In this document: piece after piece, positions 20,416-29,217 of the stretch
How the letters are laid out: the number at the start of each line of letters is the position of its first letter
Position numbering within the stretch: the first letter of the stretch is position 1
Assembly (NCBI GenBank): GCA_963664115.2
Contig: CAXWPJ010000010.1
Location: 224,001-288,000, forward strand
Length of the DNA: 64,000 bases
From: Terriglobia bacterium
GTDB taxonomy: Bacteria; Acidobacteriota; Terriglobia; 20CM-2-55-15
Reading direction: 5' to 3'
Notes under the pieces: generated by a model
Database searches by the model: none
What the model was told of the DNA's origin: nothing
Seen by the model: only the letters and a program-made list of their open reading frames with translations
Position numbers and translations under genes: made by a program

Positions 20416-20530
20416 AATTCTCAAGGTCCGAGAAGATGATTTCTCAGGACTTGAGAATCGTTTTCACGGTCAACTAAGGAACCGGCACCCGTTCATTCAG
20501 TTCTTCAAACCATTTCAGGACGATGAGAAT
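20416..20530 (-). repeat. palindrome copy G plus kinase tail (IVLKWFEELNERVPVP*)
   Basis: AATTCTCAAGGTCCGAGAAGATGATTTCTCAGGACTTGAGAAT, the most symmetric copy. Confidence 0.9.
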
Positions 20531-20564
20531 CCGGGGCCGGACAGCCTGGCGGAATCAAAACGGT

Positions 20565-20807
20565 CTAGGAGACTTGGCTTTCGAGGAACGCCCGTCCCTT
20601 GTCTGTGAGCTGAAACATCCCGGCGTCATGGTCGACGGTGACGTACTCGTCCGCAACGAGATCCTCCATCAGTTGCGAGAAAGCCTGATGCCCAGCCTGA
20701 TAAAAGACGAGGCTATGAGTGTGGAGATCCCGCATGGGGATCGAGCCGCCCTTCTTCGTTATGAACTTCAGCAAGCCCTGTCGGGCCGCCTGGATGTCCG
20801 TGCCCAT
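20565..20807 (-). CDS. small hypothetical protein, possible winged helix
   Basis: 80 aa ORF with FQLTDKGR, resembling a wing motif. Confidence 0.55.
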   Translation of the reverse strand: MGTDIQAARQGLLKFITKKGGSIPMRDLHTHSLVFYQAGHQAFSQLMEDLVADEYVTVDHDAGMFQLTDKGRAFLESQVS

Positions 20808-20838
20808 TTTGCTACCGTTTTGTTATCCTGATTGCACC

Positions 20839-21042
20839 ATGAAATTCAATATTGGCGACAAAGTTCAGCCTATTGGCGACAAAATTCGTTCAGCCTCCGT
20901 TCGTCCAGTCATGACTGTGATCTCCCTCAAAGAAGACCAGGGACTAGTTACCTGCACTTGGCCCTACAAAGGCACAATGAAAGAAAGCAGCTTCGCTGAA
21001 GACGCGCTCGAAAGCTTCCAAGTCCCTAGTCCCCCTGCGTAA
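20839..21042 (+). CDS. YodC/DUF2158-like small protein
   Basis: MKFNIGDKV...PVMTV...VTCTW...FAEDAL pattern. Confidence 0.7.
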   Translation: MKFNIGDKVQPIGDKIRSASVRPVMTVISLKEDQGLVTCTWPYKGTMKESSFAEDALESFQVPSPPA

Positions 21043-21054
21043 CGGGATGATTTC

Positions 21055-21141
21055 AATTCTCAATGTCCGAGAAGATGATTTATCAGGACTTGACCTCGGA
21101 AATTAGGGAACCGGCACCCGTTCATTCAGTTCTTCAAACCA
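21055..21141 (-). repeat. palindrome copy H plus 39 bp kinase tail
   Basis: AATTCTCAATGTCCGAGAAGATGATTTATCAGGACTTGACC; WFEELNERVPVP*. Confidence 0.9.
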
Positions 21142-21180
21142 GGACGGAATCAATTCTCAGCTTTCGCCAACAGAGAGCAT

Positions 21181-22271
21181 TCACTGGCTGTGTCGGACCG
21201 CAAAGTCGGACAGTTGTTGGAAATACTGCGGCGGAAATCCGGCTGTCGTCGGGATGTACTTCAAGGCCAGCATGGTGTGGTCAACGTTCGGGAGGACCTC
21301 AATCTCTATCGCTTTGCCGGATCGCGCACGATACTCGGTGAGGAATTCCACGCTATCTGCGGTCTGAACGTTGAGGTCGTTTTCGGCAAAGATATAGAGC
21401 ATCGGTGTGTCGATCAGGTCCAGAAACGGCCTCGGATCGTAAGACCAATCCCCAGCAGGCTGTTCGTAAAAGTCCGCGTCGTAATCAACGAGCTGGGCTG
21501 GAAGGCGGGGAAGTCCCTGATCGGAAAATTCCTCCAGTGCCTGATTGATCGCTTCCCGTTCTGGCCCGAGGGCGTACGCCTCGTCTGATGCCGCCAGGAT
21601 GACGTAGCGCCAGATTCGCTCGCGGAGTACCAACAAATCCTCAAGCTCTGTACCGCTGATGTTCAGTGCCTTCCAATCATTTTCGACTTCGTACAAGTTA
21701 ACGTCGATCCATGATAGCGGAGGGCCCGCGCGATTGATGATGAACGCAATCTCACCAACTGACGCCGCCACCTCTGGGGTACCCCCCCCCCGCTGCTACC
21801 GAGAAGCCCCACGCGATCAGGGGCGATGTCAGTCCGTTGTTGCAGGAACCGAACAGCGGCGATGGCATCGTCAATGAAGTCGCGGTAAGTCGCGTCGCCA
21901 AAATCGCCCTCGGACTCACCCGCCCCTCGCTTGTCGTACACGAGTGCAGCAAGGCCGGCCCTGACGAGCATGTTCGTGTGGATTCTGTAGGCCGCCATGC
22001 CGCGTGTGTGCGGGCCAGAACCGTGCAGAATCACAGCTGCCGGATGCGGACCGTCGGTCTCGCGCTTGACGAGGACGCCCGCCAGTCGAATCTGTCCGGA
22101 CTGGATCGAGACTTGTTCGACGTTTCCGCCGTAGGCCAAGAAGTAATTGAGCCAAGCACCCACAAGGATTAGAAGGACAGTCACGACAACGGCCAGCCCG
22201 ATCCCCAGTCGTTTGAATGTCGCGCTGTGGTTCTTGAGCCAGCTTGGGTTGACTGGCACGCTAGACCTCAC
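21181..22271 (-). CDS. alpha/beta hydrolase (S9/S15-like), frameshifted in C10 run at 21782-21791; start uncertain
   Basis: HGSGP, YDKRGAGES, GxSxGG elbow, D (ENDLNV) and H (VDH); adding one G restores the frame. Confidence 0.75.
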
Positions 22272-22323
22272 CCATCCCGCCCTCGCCGATGGCGAAGAGG
22301 ATTGCGTAGTGACCGGGTTGCAT
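22255..22323 (-). pseudogene. divergent kinase N-terminal stub
   Basis: Translates MQPGHYAILFAIGEGGMGEV*RA. Confidence 0.7.
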
Positions 22324-22520
22324 TGGATGAATAAGACTACACGTGGGGTTTCAGGTCAATTAAACAGTCACATCTCCGCATAGGGGACGATACAGGGAGC
22401 GCCAGTAGTAGTTATCCAGATCTACGGCCGTTGATCGCGCAACCGCAGCTCTTGCGCGGGGTGGGATGCGGCCCGGAGCATGGTGGGCGCGATTACGGTT
22501 GCCGGGATTTTACGGGTATT

Positions 22521-22967
22521 CTATCGTCCGCGCTGCCGGCGATACTCAGCGAGACGCGCCTCCATTATTCTCAATCGCTCGCCGAGCTGCCCGTTTCCAC
22601 CGCCAACTTCACTCCCGTCAGGCCGCGTGATGAAGGTCCATTCCACCATGTTCGATCCGTCTCGTGACGGGCGGCCCAATATGTGGATTCGATCCCCGGG
22701 CTTGAACTGATCCAACGTCCAGCCTGCTCGCCGGAGATTGATGACGCTGTCTCCCTCCGCCATCCAGGATTCTGTTTCACCTCGCTCATTCGTCACGTCA
22801 AAGTAAATCCGCGAATGCGGGTTGATCGCTCGAAATTCGGTCACCACGCCTTCGATTTCCATGCGCTCATCGACGATGTAGTGTGCCGCGGGGTTATGGT
22901 GGGCGAAGGCGGGCACTGAAACCAGCAGTGCGCCATAGACAAAGGTCAAGATCTTGCCTGTCATCAT
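22521..22967 (-). CDS. DUF6152 family secreted protein
   Basis: AHH, INPHS, FKPGDRI motifs. Confidence 0.8.
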   Translation of the reverse strand: MMTGKILTFVYGALLVSVPAFAHHNPAAHYIVDERMEIEGVVTEFRAINPHSRIYFDVTNERGETESWMAEGDSVINLRRAGWTLDQFKPGDRIHILGRPSRDGSNMVEWTFITRPDGSEVGGGNGQLGERLRIMEARLAEYRRQRGR

Positions 22968-22983
22968 CTCACTGTCCTCCACA

Positions 22984-23835
22984 TCAGCGTTGCCCGGAGA
23001 TCGACTCGCAAGGGGCATCCAGCAAATCCACCTCGGGCGTACGGAGTCTAGTATGTTCTAGCACCAGCGGCTCTCGAAACATGACCGGATCGATCAGCGT
23101 GAACTGCATGTGCAGTCGGCGGCCATCCTCGCTGAGGGTGTAGCGCTCAATACTGCTCGCGTTATCGGCGTTGTGAATAGCCAGGTTGTCTTCGGCGACG
23201 TTAGCCGCGACATTCACGGTGTCCACCACCAGCGTAGATCCCTCGTACCGACCAATCGAATGACCCAGCGGGCTCGGTTGTGCGTCTTGTGGATGACCGC
23301 GTCCATCCGTGTAGATGACGCGGTCCGACGCCATGTCTTCTGCCCTGATGACGATGCGGTCGTCGTTCTGCTCGATCAGGATAGGGTCGTTGTGCAGTAC
23401 GGTGCGAAAGGCCCCGAAGTACTCACACTGAATAGAGGGATCGTCGGCGTGGTCGTACGTTGCCGCGTAGTCTGTACCTCCTTCGGTTAACAGAGCTGCA
23501 ATGGCTCGTTGGTTGTGATCGCGGACGGCTTGCCGGATTTCTGCGGCTGACAGATGGTCGTTCTCCGGGAGCAGGAGCTCACGAAGGTGCTCGTAGCTTT
23601 CCCGGGTACAGTTGCAGGCAAAGAGATCCTCGAGGGTCCAATCTGGGTGCTCGACAGAGGTTGTGGTCGTGCTCCACATGCCCGACAGGGCCGGAGGCGG
23701 CTGCTCCTGGGCCCCGGCGAGCGGTATGCCGAGAACGAGAGTGCCCGCGACGGCCGCGCCAAGGAGTTTATGTTTGGCGACCCTCGCGAAGGTACGCAGC
23801 AGCGGGACTCCGCGCGGGGCGATAACGAGTCTCAT
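22984..23835 (-). CDS. secreted DUF6152-partner hypothetical protein
   Basis: LSGMW, DPSIQC, RVIYTDGRGHP, GHSIGRYEGSTLVVDT. Confidence 0.75.
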   Translation of the reverse strand: MRLVIAPRGVPLLRTFARVAKHKLLGAAVAGTLVLGIPLAGAQEQPPPALSGMWSTTTTSVEHPDWTLEDLFACNCTRESYEHLRELLLPENDHLSAAEIRQAVRDHNQRAIAALLTEGGTDYAATYDHADDPSIQCEYFGAFRTVLHNDPILIEQNDDRIVIRAEDMASDRVIYTDGRGHPQDAQPSPLGHSIGRYEGSTLVVDTVNVAANVAEDNLAIHNADNASSIERYTLSEDGRRLHMQFTLIDPVMFREPLVLEHTRLRTPEVDLLDAPCESISGQR

Positions 23836-23969
23836 GATTCCTCAATGACGGACAGTTCCGTTTCTGAGTCGATTTTACCTGACTCGGCCACGGATTGGCC
23901 CGCAAATTCGATGCTAGAGGTTGATTTTCTGCTTGCCGATACAGACCACCCACACGTGATATCGCCCTA

Positions 23970-24328
23970 AGTGCTTCTGCGATCTGAAGTGCGAGTTTCA
24001 GAGACTCTTCAACCGGGATAGCCCCACGGCCAACACGATCTGCCAGCGTGTCACCTTCCACGAGTTCCATGACAAGGAAGTGGGTTCCATTGTCTTCTTC
24101 AAACCCGTGAATGGCAGCAATGTTTGGATGATTCAGCGAGGCCAGGAGTTTGGCTTCACGCTCGAACCGGGCAAGGCGATCTGTATCCTTGGCGAACTCT
24201 TCTGGCAGAGTCTTAATAGCAACCTCACGCCCCAACTTTGTATCCTTCGCACGCCACACTTCCCCCATACCTCCTCTTCCAAGGAGCGTTGAGATCTCGT
24301 AGTGGCCGAGTTTGGTTCCGGATTCCAT
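23970..24328 (-). pseudogene. N-terminal stub (~119 aa) of Ser/Thr kinase
   Basis: Near-identical to the intact kinase up to ALQIAEAL, stopping before HRDLK. Confidence 0.9.
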
Positions 24329-24427
24329 GTTTAACGTGTGTCGCCAAAAGGAACGGCGAAATTCTGGTAAGTCTATCTACATGGGAGGGTTATTGGCAAG
24401 GAAAGGGTCAACTCCCAAAATTTGGCC

Positions 24428-24468
24428 AATTCTCAATGTCCGCGAAGATGATTTCTCAGGACTTGACC
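24428..24468 (+). repeat. palindrome copy I, just downstream of the intact kinase
   Basis: AATTCTCAATGTCCGCGAAGATGATTTCTCAGGACTTGACC, 7 bp past the stop codon. Confidence 0.9.
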
Positions 24469-24475
24469 TCGAAAA

Positions 24476-27145
24476 TCAAGGCACCGGCACCCGTTCCTTC
24501 AGTTCTTCAAACCAGTTTAGGACCACGATGATCTCGCCCCCGCGTGAGTCGTTCTCTGATTCGCGAATCATGAGAAAACGTTCGCCATCCGGCGCGATGT
24601 CGTAAGTGTGGGAACGGAATCCAGAGGATCGCAGGTAAGGACCGGAGAACAGCTCTCTCTGCTGCGTTGCCACGAAGGCCGGAGTCGTCTCGACCGAGGC
24701 CGCCATCACTCTACTCCCTTGGCGGTAGTAGATTTCAGTTCCGTTGGGGGACCATATAGGTTCTTCTCCTCCCGCTCGGGACACGCGCCATGGCCCTCCA
24801 TCTGCGACGTTAGGAAACGGCCTGACCAAGATCTCTGGTTGGCCTAACTCGTCGGACGAATAGACCATCCAGCGACCGTCTGGGGAGATTTGCGCGTGTC
24901 GTTCTCCCGAATCTGAAGCAAGCAGTGCCTGTGGACTGGGTTCACCAACCAGCGAGAGCTGTCTGAGGTCCGAGTCTGTCTCCGGCCTCACCGCGTATAC
25001 CAGCGTCTCTCCGTCAGGCGAGACAGAGGACAGTATCGGCGGTAATCCGGGAGGAAGTACCGCGATGCTCTCGGCTTGATCCGTGCCGTCCGCACGTCGC
25101 CGAAAAACCGTAAACACCCCCTCCGGGTCGGAAAGGAACACCACGTGTTGCCCATCCGGCGTCCACAACGGCTGCATGTCGGCTGTCGTCACATCGAAGA
25201 TGAATGGCCTTGTTGTTTCTCCCACCACGTCGTGCAGCCACAAATCTTCCCGAGACTCCGGACCCTCAGCAACAAGAGCGACCCTCATCCCATCGGGCGA
25301 AATCTGTACACCGCCGTAGGCGAGTGTCTCGCCTTGAAGAGGCTCTTCACTCCCCGCGCGATCGACCCATACCAACGCCCTTGCGCCGTCACCCATGTCC
25401 GCCGGGATGTAGGTCATCGCTCCGCTCTCAGCGAGGGCGAATTGCACCGCGCCACCGCCCTCTATTCGAACCCCCTCAAGCACCGGAAGTGCATTGCCGG
25501 TAATCTCGAGTCGGGACTCATCGAACGGGACCGCCCACAACGATGCGCCAGTCTGCGCGTAGAGTAGATGACCCGTAGGCGAGTAACGAGGGAAGAAGCC
25601 ATTGCCGAGCACCTTTCTCTCTCCGGTCTGCAGAGACACCACTGCAATCTGGGCCGTGTCCAGCGAACCTGACCAGATCGTGAATAGCACCGCGTCACCA
25701 GCAGGCAGGAACGCGGGCTCGTCGTGATATATCTCACCGGCTTGCAGCCTGGTCAGCTGCTCCGGAGCGCCTCCCGTCAACGATAGCCGCGAGAGTGCGA
25801 GCGTGTTGGAATCTGAAAACACGATCGTCTGATCGGGACCCCAGGTGCTACCAAAGCCACCACATTCGCAGATCGTTGTCGGCGATTCTCCTGCCAAAGA
25901 AACCCTCTTCAGACCGTCGGGACTCCCGAATGCAAGCCACTGGCCATCAGGCGAAAAGAAAGGGAAGTCCGCACCCTCCGAGCCGCGGATCGGTACGGCT
26001 TCAAGTCCGTTTATGGGACGACGGTACAGTTGGTCTCCCTCCTCAGTAAAGGCTCTGTAGACGAGTTCCTGACCGTCGGGAGACAGCGCGAGAAGATGCC
26101 CCACCCTTGGGGGGAGCTCACCACTGACATCGATTGCAAAACGTGCCGCAGTCTGGTTCGACGAAGCTGGTCCTGACGACCAACTGGCGACAACCGCAAT
26201 CAGGAGCGCAACCCCCGTGACAACCCACGGCACTTTCGACTGCGGTGCTGCATGAGCAACCCCACCAACCGACTGCACGAGCACACCGCTCGGGTCCGCC
26301 AGCACTTTCTCGATGTCCGCTTTCACATCACCTATATCCTGGAATCTTGTTGCGGCTTGTTTGTCAAGACACCGTTCCACCACTTCCCGAAGTCGTGGAT
26401 GAAGATTAGGGGGCAGAGTGTCCCACTCCGGCTGCAGGCTGATCACGGCCGAGAGAGACTCCGCCACATCGGACTTACCGAAGGACTGACGGCCTGTGAG
26501 CATTTCATAGAGGACACAGCCGAACGCGAATATGTCCGTGCGTTTGTCAACTGCGCGGCCCTTGGCTTGTTCAGGGCTCATATAGGCGGCGGTGCCGAGG
26601 ATCATTCCTTGCTGCGTAGCCGCCATACTCAGCGTTGGCGAGTTCGATACGCTTGCGTCGACCTCATCACCGGCAAACGCTTTAGCTAACCCAAAGTCGA
26701 GCACTTTCACATTGTCGTCGTCGGTGACTTTGATGTTCAGAGGCTTTAGGTCTCGATGGATGACACCTTTTTCGTGTGCAGCCTTGAGAGCATCGGCGAC
26801 TTGTAGAGCTATTTTGAGCGAGTCCTCAACAGCTATGGCTCCACGGTTTAGGCGATCCGCGAGTGTGTCCCCTTCGACAAGTTCCAAGACGAGGAAGTGC
26901 GTTCCGTTGTGTTCCTCAAATCCGTGGATGGCTGCAATGTTCGGGTGATTCAGAGAGGCCAGTAGCTTCGCTTCACGTTCAAACCGTGCAAGTCGGTCCG
27001 CATCCTTGGCGAACTCTTCGGGCAGCGTCTTGATCGCCACTTCGCGCCCGAGTTTTGTGTCCCGCGCACGCCAAACTTCTCCCATGCCTCCTTTACCCAG
27101 GAGGGTTGAGATCTCGTAGTGGCCGAGTTTGGTGCCAGATTCCAT
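24476..27145 (-). CDS. Hanks-type Ser/Thr protein kinase with TM segment and TolB/PD40 beta-propellers
   Basis: GKGGMG, VAIK, HRDLKPLN, DFG, YMSPE; TM VPWVVTGVALLIAVV; SPDG repeats. Confidence 0.95.
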   Translation of the reverse strand: MESGTKLGHYEISTLLGKGGMGEVWRARDTKLGREVAIKTLPEEFAKDADRLARFEREAKLLASLNHPNIAAIHGFEEHNGTHFLVLELVEGDTLADRLNRGAIAVEDSLKIALQVADALKAAHEKGVIHRDLKPLNIKVTDDDNVKVLDFGLAKAFAGDEVDASVSNSPTLSMAATQQGMILGTAAYMSPEQAKGRAVDKRTDIFAFGCVLYEMLTGRQSFGKSDVAESLSAVISLQPEWDTLPPNLHPRLREVVERCLDKQAATRFQDIGDVKADIEKVLADPSGVLVQSVGGVAHAAPQSKVPWVVTGVALLIAVVASWSSGPASSNQTAARFAIDVSGELPPRVGHLLALSPDGQELVYRAFTEEGDQLYRRPINGLEAVPIRGSEGADFPFFSPDGQWLAFGSPDGLKRVSLAGESPTTICECGGFGSTWGPDQTIVFSDSNTLALSRLSLTGGAPEQLTRLQAGEIYHDEPAFLPAGDAVLFTIWSGSLDTAQIAVVSLQTGERKVLGNGFFPRYSPTGHLLYAQTGASLWAVPFDESRLEITGNALPVLEGVRIEGGGAVQFALAESGAMTYIPADMGDGARALVWVDRAGSEEPLQGETLAYGGVQISPDGMRVALVAEGPESREDLWLHDVVGETTRPFIFDVTTADMQPLWTPDGQHVVFLSDPEGVFTVFRRRADGTDQAESIAVLPPGLPPILSSVSPDGETLVYAVRPETDSDLRQLSLVGEPSPQALLASDSGERHAQISPDGRWMVYSSDELGQPEILVRPFPNVADGGPWRVSRAGGEEPIWSPNGTEIYYRQGSRVMAASVETTPAFVATQQRELFSGPYLRSSGFRSHTYDIAPDGERFLMIRESENDSRGGEIIVVLNWFEELKERVPVP

Positions 27146-27244
27146 AAAATAGTGTGTACCTAAACGAACAGTGAAAAAGTTGGATAAATCTAACTACAGG
27201 TGGGGTTTATAAGCAAGGAAGTTGTGAGCTGGCGGATCTCATCC

Positions 27245-27345
27245 AATTCTCAACGTCCGACAAGATGATTTCTCAGGACTTGACCCCGAAAATCAAGGGA
27301 CCGGCACCCGTTCTTTGAGTTCTTCAAACCCGTTCTGAACCCCGA
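27245..27345 (-). repeat. palindrome copy J plus kinase tail (QNGFEELKERVPVP*)
   Basis: AATTCTCAACGTCCGACAAGATGATTTCTCAGGACTTGACC. Confidence 0.9.
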
Positions 27346-27417
27346 TGGTCCGGGATTGCCCTGCTTCACTGTTTGTGCTCGCGTTGTCTGAAGACGATTT
27401 GAGCCCGAATCACAGGC

Positions 27418-28113
27418 TTAGCCGGCATATAGCAAGCTATAACCATACTCTTGTGCCCGTGTGAGGGCCATGACGCCGGCAGAAACGAAGCGGCTGTTCG
27501 GGATCGCTCCCGCAACCAGCTCCTCATACACGGCATCGGTAGACCCACCCTGAGCATTCGCAATCTGTTGAGCGAAAAACTGTGTCGCTGCATTACACAC
27601 GGCAAATTGGGTACCTCTCTCGACTAGAGAATCAATCGTATTCCCGAAATTTGGCAGAGTCGAATGATCGGCCGAGTTCATCAGGTTGATCATCGGCGGC
27701 CCGCCTGTGTCGGGATCTGAATAATTCATCAGTCCTTGAAAAACTCCACCATATTTCGACCAGACCCCGTCGTTGTAGCCAAAGGGAGTGGAGAGGTGGC
27801 GAAAGCAGACCACCATGGCGAAATCGACCGGGCTACCCGAGCAGGCATTCTCCTGAGCGTTGTAGAGGTTGTTCGCGTACAGCAGGGCCTCGGCCCCGCC
27901 CAATGCCGTAGCGGAATCGACGAAGACCCGGTGTTGACCCCCCAACTCGTCCATCCACCCGTCCAGCCCATGGCGAGTGGGCACGAAGCCAGCCGCCGAC
28001 TCTGTTGCCACCGGTGTCTGAGCGCATGCCGTCGTCGCCCCTACCGCGAAACCGGCGGCAGCGGCTCCCATTCCAACCATCAAACGTCGGCGTCCAAGGT
28101 TATCCTGCTGCAT
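27418..28113 (-). CDS. Tat-exported hypothetical protein, possible DsrE-like fold
   Basis: GRRRLM twin-arginine signal; FAVCNAAT; AQEYGYS C-terminus. Confidence 0.65.
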   Translation of the reverse strand: MQQDNLGRRRLMVGMGAAAAGFAVGATTACAQTPVATESAAGFVPTRHGLDGWMDELGGQHRVFVDSATALGGAEALLYANNLYNAQENACSGSPVDFAMVVCFRHLSTPFGYNDGVWSKYGGVFQGLMNYSDPDTGGPPMINLMNSADHSTLPNFGNTIDSLVERGTQFAVCNAATQFFAQQIANAQGGSTDAVYEELVAGAIPNSRFVSAGVMALTRAQEYGYSLLYAG

Positions 28114-28257
28114 CGTGACGTCTCCTTTTGCGGGTTCGACGCGTCGAGTCACCGTGGATCGGTGTCTGGCGGTGAACCGAGTTTGCGATCCAAACTTCTC
28201 TCTATCAGGCAAGACAGAACCGCCATGCGGGTCGTCCTAAACTCATAGTGCAGTCAA

Positions 28258-28330
28258 ACACCTCACTCATTCCACCCCTGCCCAAAAGTGTGAGGATCTC
28301 GTAGTGGCCGAGTTTGGCGCCAGATTCCAT
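28258..28330 (-). pseudogene. kinase N-terminal stub (24 aa)
   Basis: MESGAKLGHYEILTLLGRGGMSEV. Confidence 0.85.
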
Positions 28331-28404
28331 CGTTCATAGTGTGTCGCTGAAAAACCGTGAAAAACTTGGTAAACGATACTAGAGGTGGGTGTTAGGCGCT
28401 ATCA

Positions 28405-28557
28405 AATTCTCAAGTCCTGAGAAACTTTGTAGGTAGTTGAGAAATAGGCCAATTATTGGGGTTTTTGGGGAATTCTCAACTTCCGCGAAGATGATTTCTC
28501 AGGACTTGAACTCGCAAATCATGGGACCGGCACGCGTTCCTTCAGTTCCTCAAACCA
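28405..28557. repeat. palindrome copy K (reverse, degenerate), copy L (28471-28510) and 39 bp kinase tail
   Basis: AATTCTCAAGTCCTGAGAAA...; AATTCTCAACTTCCGCGAAGATGATTTCTCAGGACTTGA; WFEELKERVPVP*. Confidence 0.9.
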
Positions 28558-28611
28558 ACGTCAGGCTGTTTTATACGTTCACGTTCGCAGCTCCAACGCT
28601 CACCTCGAAGA

Positions 28612-28839
28612 TTACGAATTCTTCTGGTATGGAGATACCTTCGCCGCACTGTAATCAGAGCGATGCCCGCATTCAGATTCGCTGCAGGTGAGAAACAGCT
28701 GTGCCAGCGGCTCGAACGGACCGTGTCCTTCGGTTCGATCCAGACCGAACAAAATCGGCGAGTGGCATTTCGCACAAAGCACACTCAAGTACCATCGCTT
28801 CTCAGTCGATTTTGGAAATCGGGAAAACTGCATAAGCAC
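28612..28839 (-). CDS. small Cys-rich (zinc-ribbon-like) hypothetical protein
   Basis: CAKC and CSESECGH motifs; start uncertain. Confidence 0.5.
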   Translation of the reverse strand: MLMQFSRFPKSTEKRWYLSVLCAKCHSPILFGLDRTEGHGPFEPLAQLFLTCSESECGHRSDYSAAKVSPYQKNS

Positions 28840-28859
28840 ACGGTTTTGGGGGATCGCGC

Positions 28860-29060
28860 AATTCTCAACGTCCGAGAAGATGATTTCTCAGGACTTGACC
28901 TCGAAAATCAGGGGACCGGAACCCGCTCCTTCAGTTCTTCAAACCAGTTCAGGACGATGTTGATTTGGGGGACAGGGGCATCAGTGTCGCCAGTGTCCGC
29001 CACGGCGGTTGTCTGAACGAACACGAACCGCTCGCCGTCGGGAGTGATGTCGTACGTTGG
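28860..29060 (-). repeat. palindrome copy M (28860-28900) plus ~50 aa kinase tail
   Basis: AATTCTCAACGTCCGAGAAGATGATTTCTCAGGACTTGACC; YDITPDGERF...INIVLNWFEELKERVPVP*. Confidence 0.9.
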
Positions 29061-29217
29061 AGCTAAAGTAATCTCGTTCAGCTTAACCCGAGCATCGCGA
29101 TCGGAACCAGGGATTATAGTTGACATGCACGGGGGAGAGGATCATATTTCGGGGCCAAGGAGCAATTCAAATCGGAAATTCCGGTTAAGTTGCATCCCGG
29201 TTCAAGGAGGTCTGAAA

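Noticed and set aside
6729-28900. Palindrome repeats as a CRISPR array
   Set aside because: Spacing is mostly 0.4-8 kb with genes in between, there are no 30-40 bp spacers in series, and no cas genes are present.
6729-28900. Canonical integron attC sites
   Set aside because: No RYYYAAC/GTTRRRY boxes, the site is shorter than typical attC, and no IntI is in the window; only a loose structural analogy is kept.
2058-29060. Diversity-generating retroelement (TR/VR) explanation for the repeated tails
   Set aside because: No reverse transcriptase in the window, and differences between tails are not confined to adenines.
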